A stretch of DNA of 10,120 nucleotides from Abditibacteriaceae bacterium (lineage in GTDB: Bacteria > Armatimonadota > Abditibacteriia > Abditibacteriales > Abditibacteriaceae). The stretch spans positions 1-10,120 of the forward strand of contig JANMKN010000216.1 in NCBI GenBank assembly GCA_031372065.1, given 5' to 3'. Below are positions 8,042 to 10,120 of this stretch, piece after piece (position 1 is the first letter of the stretch; each line of letters starts with the position of its first letter). The notes under the pieces are model-generated. The model was not told the origin of the DNA and made no database searches. It saw only the letters and a list, made by a program, of their open reading frames with translations. The translations under genes were made by a program, and so were the position numbers.

Positions 8042-8527
8042 ATGACCAAAACCCAACTCACAAACCCAAAAACCAATCACCATAACCAGCGCCGTCGTTT
8101 CAGCCGCCGTCAGGGGACAAGCATTGTCGAATTTGCGCTGGTCGTGCCGATTATCCTCGCCATTCTAATCGGCATCTTGGAATCGGCGTATTTGGGCAAG
8201 AATTATTTGGCTATCGCCAATTCCGCCCGCGAAGGTGCCCGCTCGGCTGCACTTGGCAAAACCACCACAGACATTCGCACCCGCGTTAAGAACGCGGCGG
8301 CACCGCTGACTGTGACGGACGGCAACATCACCTTGCAGTATTCAACGGATAACGGAACAACCTACGCTTACACAGTTGGCGACAGTGGCACGCAAAACAG
8401 CGCCACCGGCGGCAGTTTGGTGCGCGTCAAAGTGAATTTTACCCATCAATCGCTGACACGTTTTTTCCCGTTTTTGAGCAATCGCAGCGTTTCTGTAGCC
8501 GTTGCCATGCGACGCGAAGCGACTTAA
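8042..8527 (+). CDS. tadE: TadE/TadG family pseudopilin, copy 2
   Basis: 161 aa with RRQG|TSIVEFALVVP. The 136-aa mature part differs from copy 1 at 14 positions by manual alignment. AGGA upstream at 8031-8034. Confidence 0.9.
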   Translation: MTKTQLTNPKTNHHNQRRRFSRRQGTSIVEFALVVPIILAILIGILESAYLGKNYLAIANSAREGARSAALGKTTTDIRTRVKNAAAPLTVTDGNITLQYSTDNGTTYAYTVGDSGTQNSATGGSLVRVKVNFTHQSLTRFFPFLSNRSVSVAVAMRREAT

Positions 8528-8700
8528 TTTATACCCAAAAGGCAATGTTGTTGCTTAACGGGTAGATGGTGACAAAAGTAGGTAATTGAGTCAGTGGTTA
8601 ATTACCGAAAAAAATCGCATGAAACACAACTTAATCTTTGTTTGAGAGAATGATGAAACGCTAATGACGAATTAGCAATTAATTTTTGACAGGAGAATTT

Positions 8701-9789
8701 ATGAAAAGGAAGCAGTTTGTAGTGCAGTCTTTGCATCGCGCAGAGATGAAACGTCGGCAAGGCAGTGTCTCGGTTATTATGGCGTTGAGCATCACGTTCG
8801 TTTTAGCCTGTGGTGCCTTGGCTGTGGATTATGGCCTGTTGGTGGCTGATGCGAATCGTTTACAGCGTGCTTGCGATGCTGGTGCGTTGGCAGGCGCCGC
8901 GAAATTGAAGACAACGGGCGTGGATGTCACCGATGAATATAACGCCAAGCTGGATGCACAACGCGTCGCATTTCAGAACGGTGTCACGGTGAACTTCAAC
9001 GATATTACCGTGACCAATGGCTTGCAAATCCGTGTGCCAGCTAGCACGACGCGCACTTTCTTCTTTGGGCGCGCTATCGGCCAAAACAGTGGTGCAATTA
9101 CACGCTCGGCCACCGCCGGTGTCGCCGCTGGCGATGAATTGTCCAGCGGGCCGGGCCGCATTCGTGTGGCGCCCATTGGCATCACATGGGAAACCTACAA
9201 CGCTTACAATGCAGACCGCGCCAACGCGCACGACATTGAATTGGTGCGTCAAAACAAACAAACCTTCGGCATAGACGACGCCGTATTGTTCGACCTGCGC
9301 GACACCAACGCCAAAAGCGGCGCACATATGCAAGACCAACTCACCGGCGATGAAGTGGAAACCTCAAAGATTGGCGATTACGAAACCACGCTGAATGCGG
9401 CGCAATCTTCTGAAAAGAAAAAGTTAAAAGATGGCTTGGATACACTCTTCGCCGATTCAGCGGCGGCGCCGTGGAATGATACGGCAAGCGGTGCTGGCAC
9501 CAAATACAATCAGATTGTGGCAGGCACCTCGCCGCGCGACAATCCGCGTGTGGTTTATGTGATCGTTACACCCAGCACCACCAACCCTCACAACGGCACC
9601 TACGACACGCAGGTGCAGGGCTTCGTCCCTGTTTACATCGAAAATTACTACGAAACAAACGTTAGTGGAGAAACTGTGGTGCGCATGAAAATGCGCTTCT
9701 TGCCGCCGGGCAACGCCTCCGATGGGCAAGTTAAGCCCAAATCTGGTTATTCACTATCGGGGATTCGTGTGGTTAGTCTGACGGGCTAA
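8701..9789 (+). CDS. TadG-like pseudopilin, copy 2 (362 aa)
   Basis: RRQG|SVSVIMA..ALAVDYG..RLQRACDAGALAGA; about 60% identical to copy 1 by manual alignment. ATG 8701 follows RBS AGGAG (8691-8695), so it is preferred over the ORF-track TTG at 8686. Confidence 0.85.
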   Translation: MKRKQFVVQSLHRAEMKRRQGSVSVIMALSITFVLACGALAVDYGLLVADANRLQRACDAGALAGAAKLKTTGVDVTDEYNAKLDAQRVAFQNGVTVNFNDITVTNGLQIRVPASTTRTFFFGRAIGQNSGAITRSATAGVAAGDELSSGPGRIRVAPIGITWETYNAYNADRANAHDIELVRQNKQTFGIDDAVLFDLRDTNAKSGAHMQDQLTGDEVETSKIGDYETTLNAAQSSEKKKLKDGLDTLFADSAAAPWNDTASGAGTKYNQIVAGTSPRDNPRVVYVIVTPSTTNPHNGTYDTQVQGFVPVYIENYYETNVSGETVVRMKMRFLPPGNASDGQVKPKSGYSLSGIRVVSLTG

Positions 9790-9800
9790 ATTGCCCTTGA

Positions 9801-9841
9801 AAAACAAAAACCGGAAGCGTTTGCTTCCGGTTTTTTGTTTT
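9801..9841 (+). terminator. Intrinsic terminator closing Tad module 2
   Basis: aaaaaccggaagc-gttt-gcttccggttttt plus T-rich tail. The stem core AACCGGAAGC/GCTTCCGGTT is the same as in the module 1 terminator. Confidence 0.88.
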
Positions 9842-9980
9842 GCTTTCCACGCGAGTGAAGTCCCTGTAAATTAATAGCGTCTAACGAACACAGCGCTCTT
9901 AAGAGGGTTTTGGTAGGTATAGCCGCTAACGCATAGAAGGCTACAGATGTATCATAGGCCAAACAAAGGACACGCTGTAG

Positions 9981-10120
9981 TGGAGTGAACCCCTGAATTG
10001 CAACAAGTAGTTAAGGACTGTTGTCTTTGTGGACTGCCTCAAATTCGGCTGGTGGAAGATAGCCCAGAGCCGAGTGCAGCCGCTTCTGATTATAAACCAT
10101 TTCCAAGAACTGACCAATGT
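9981..10120 (-). mobile_element. Right end of an IS3-family insertion sequence (continues beyond the window)
   Basis: The transposase C-terminus is followed within 30 nt by ...CAATTCAGGGGTTCACTCCA-3' on the minus strand (TGGAGTGAACCCCTGAATTG on + from 9981), consistent with the 5'-TG...CA-3' ends of IS3-family elements. Confidence 0.82.
10011..10120 (-). CDS. IS3-family transposase (OrfB), C-terminal fragment
   Basis: Hand translation ...IGQFLEMVYNQKRLHSALGYLPPAEFEAVHKDNSP* contains the YNxxRxHSxLGYxxPxEFE signature. Stop TAA at 10013-10011. Confidence 0.9.
   Translation of the reverse strand, partial: IGQFLEMVYNQKRLHSALGYLPPAEFEAVHKDNSP

Larger units (their letters stand above)
6134..9841 (+). 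repeat. Diverged tandem duplication of a tadE + tadG-like + terminator module (units about 6134-7872 and 8042-9841)
   Basis: Same gene order, homologous proteins, shared terminator stem, and a 53-bp exact DNA match at 6401-6453 = 8321-8373. Confidence 0.92.

Noticed and set aside
6134..9789. Diversity-generating retroelement or CRISPR explanation for the repeats
   Set aside because: Differences between copies are largely synonymous and not adenine-specific, both copies are intact genes, there is no reverse transcriptase in the window, and no regularly spaced short repeats occur.
9879..9918. attC-like arrangement: GTCTAAC ... ctcttaagag palindrome ... GGTAGGT
   Set aside because: Only 40 bp, shorter than known attC sites; the right core lacks GTT, pairing is poor, and no integrase or cassette ORF is present.

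Overview
Bacterial genomic window of moderate GC. The left part (minus strand) is a tightly overlapping operon: dacB-like D-Ala-D-Ala carboxypeptidase/endopeptidase (peptidase S13), a sugar ABC-transporter solute-binding lipoprotein, a 59-aa two-helix membrane ORF missed by the ORF track (881-1060, ATGA-coupled at both ends, about 37% GC), and a carbohydrate ABC permease running off the left edge. A PIG-L/LmbE deacetylase is divergent from dacB and converges on a calcineurin-like metallophosphoesterase. Next is a csbD-like stress gene with a near-consensus sigma-54 (-24/-12) promoter and an intrinsic terminator. The right half holds two tandem modules, each tadE-like pseudopilin + tadG-like pseudopilin + matching terminator, with no other Tad machinery in the window. 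The mature TadE copies are about 90% identical and the TadG copies about 60%, with patchy variable segments. The window ends in the right end of an IS3-family element (transposase C-terminus plus a TG-starting terminal repeat). All calls come from reading motifs by eye; no database searches were run.
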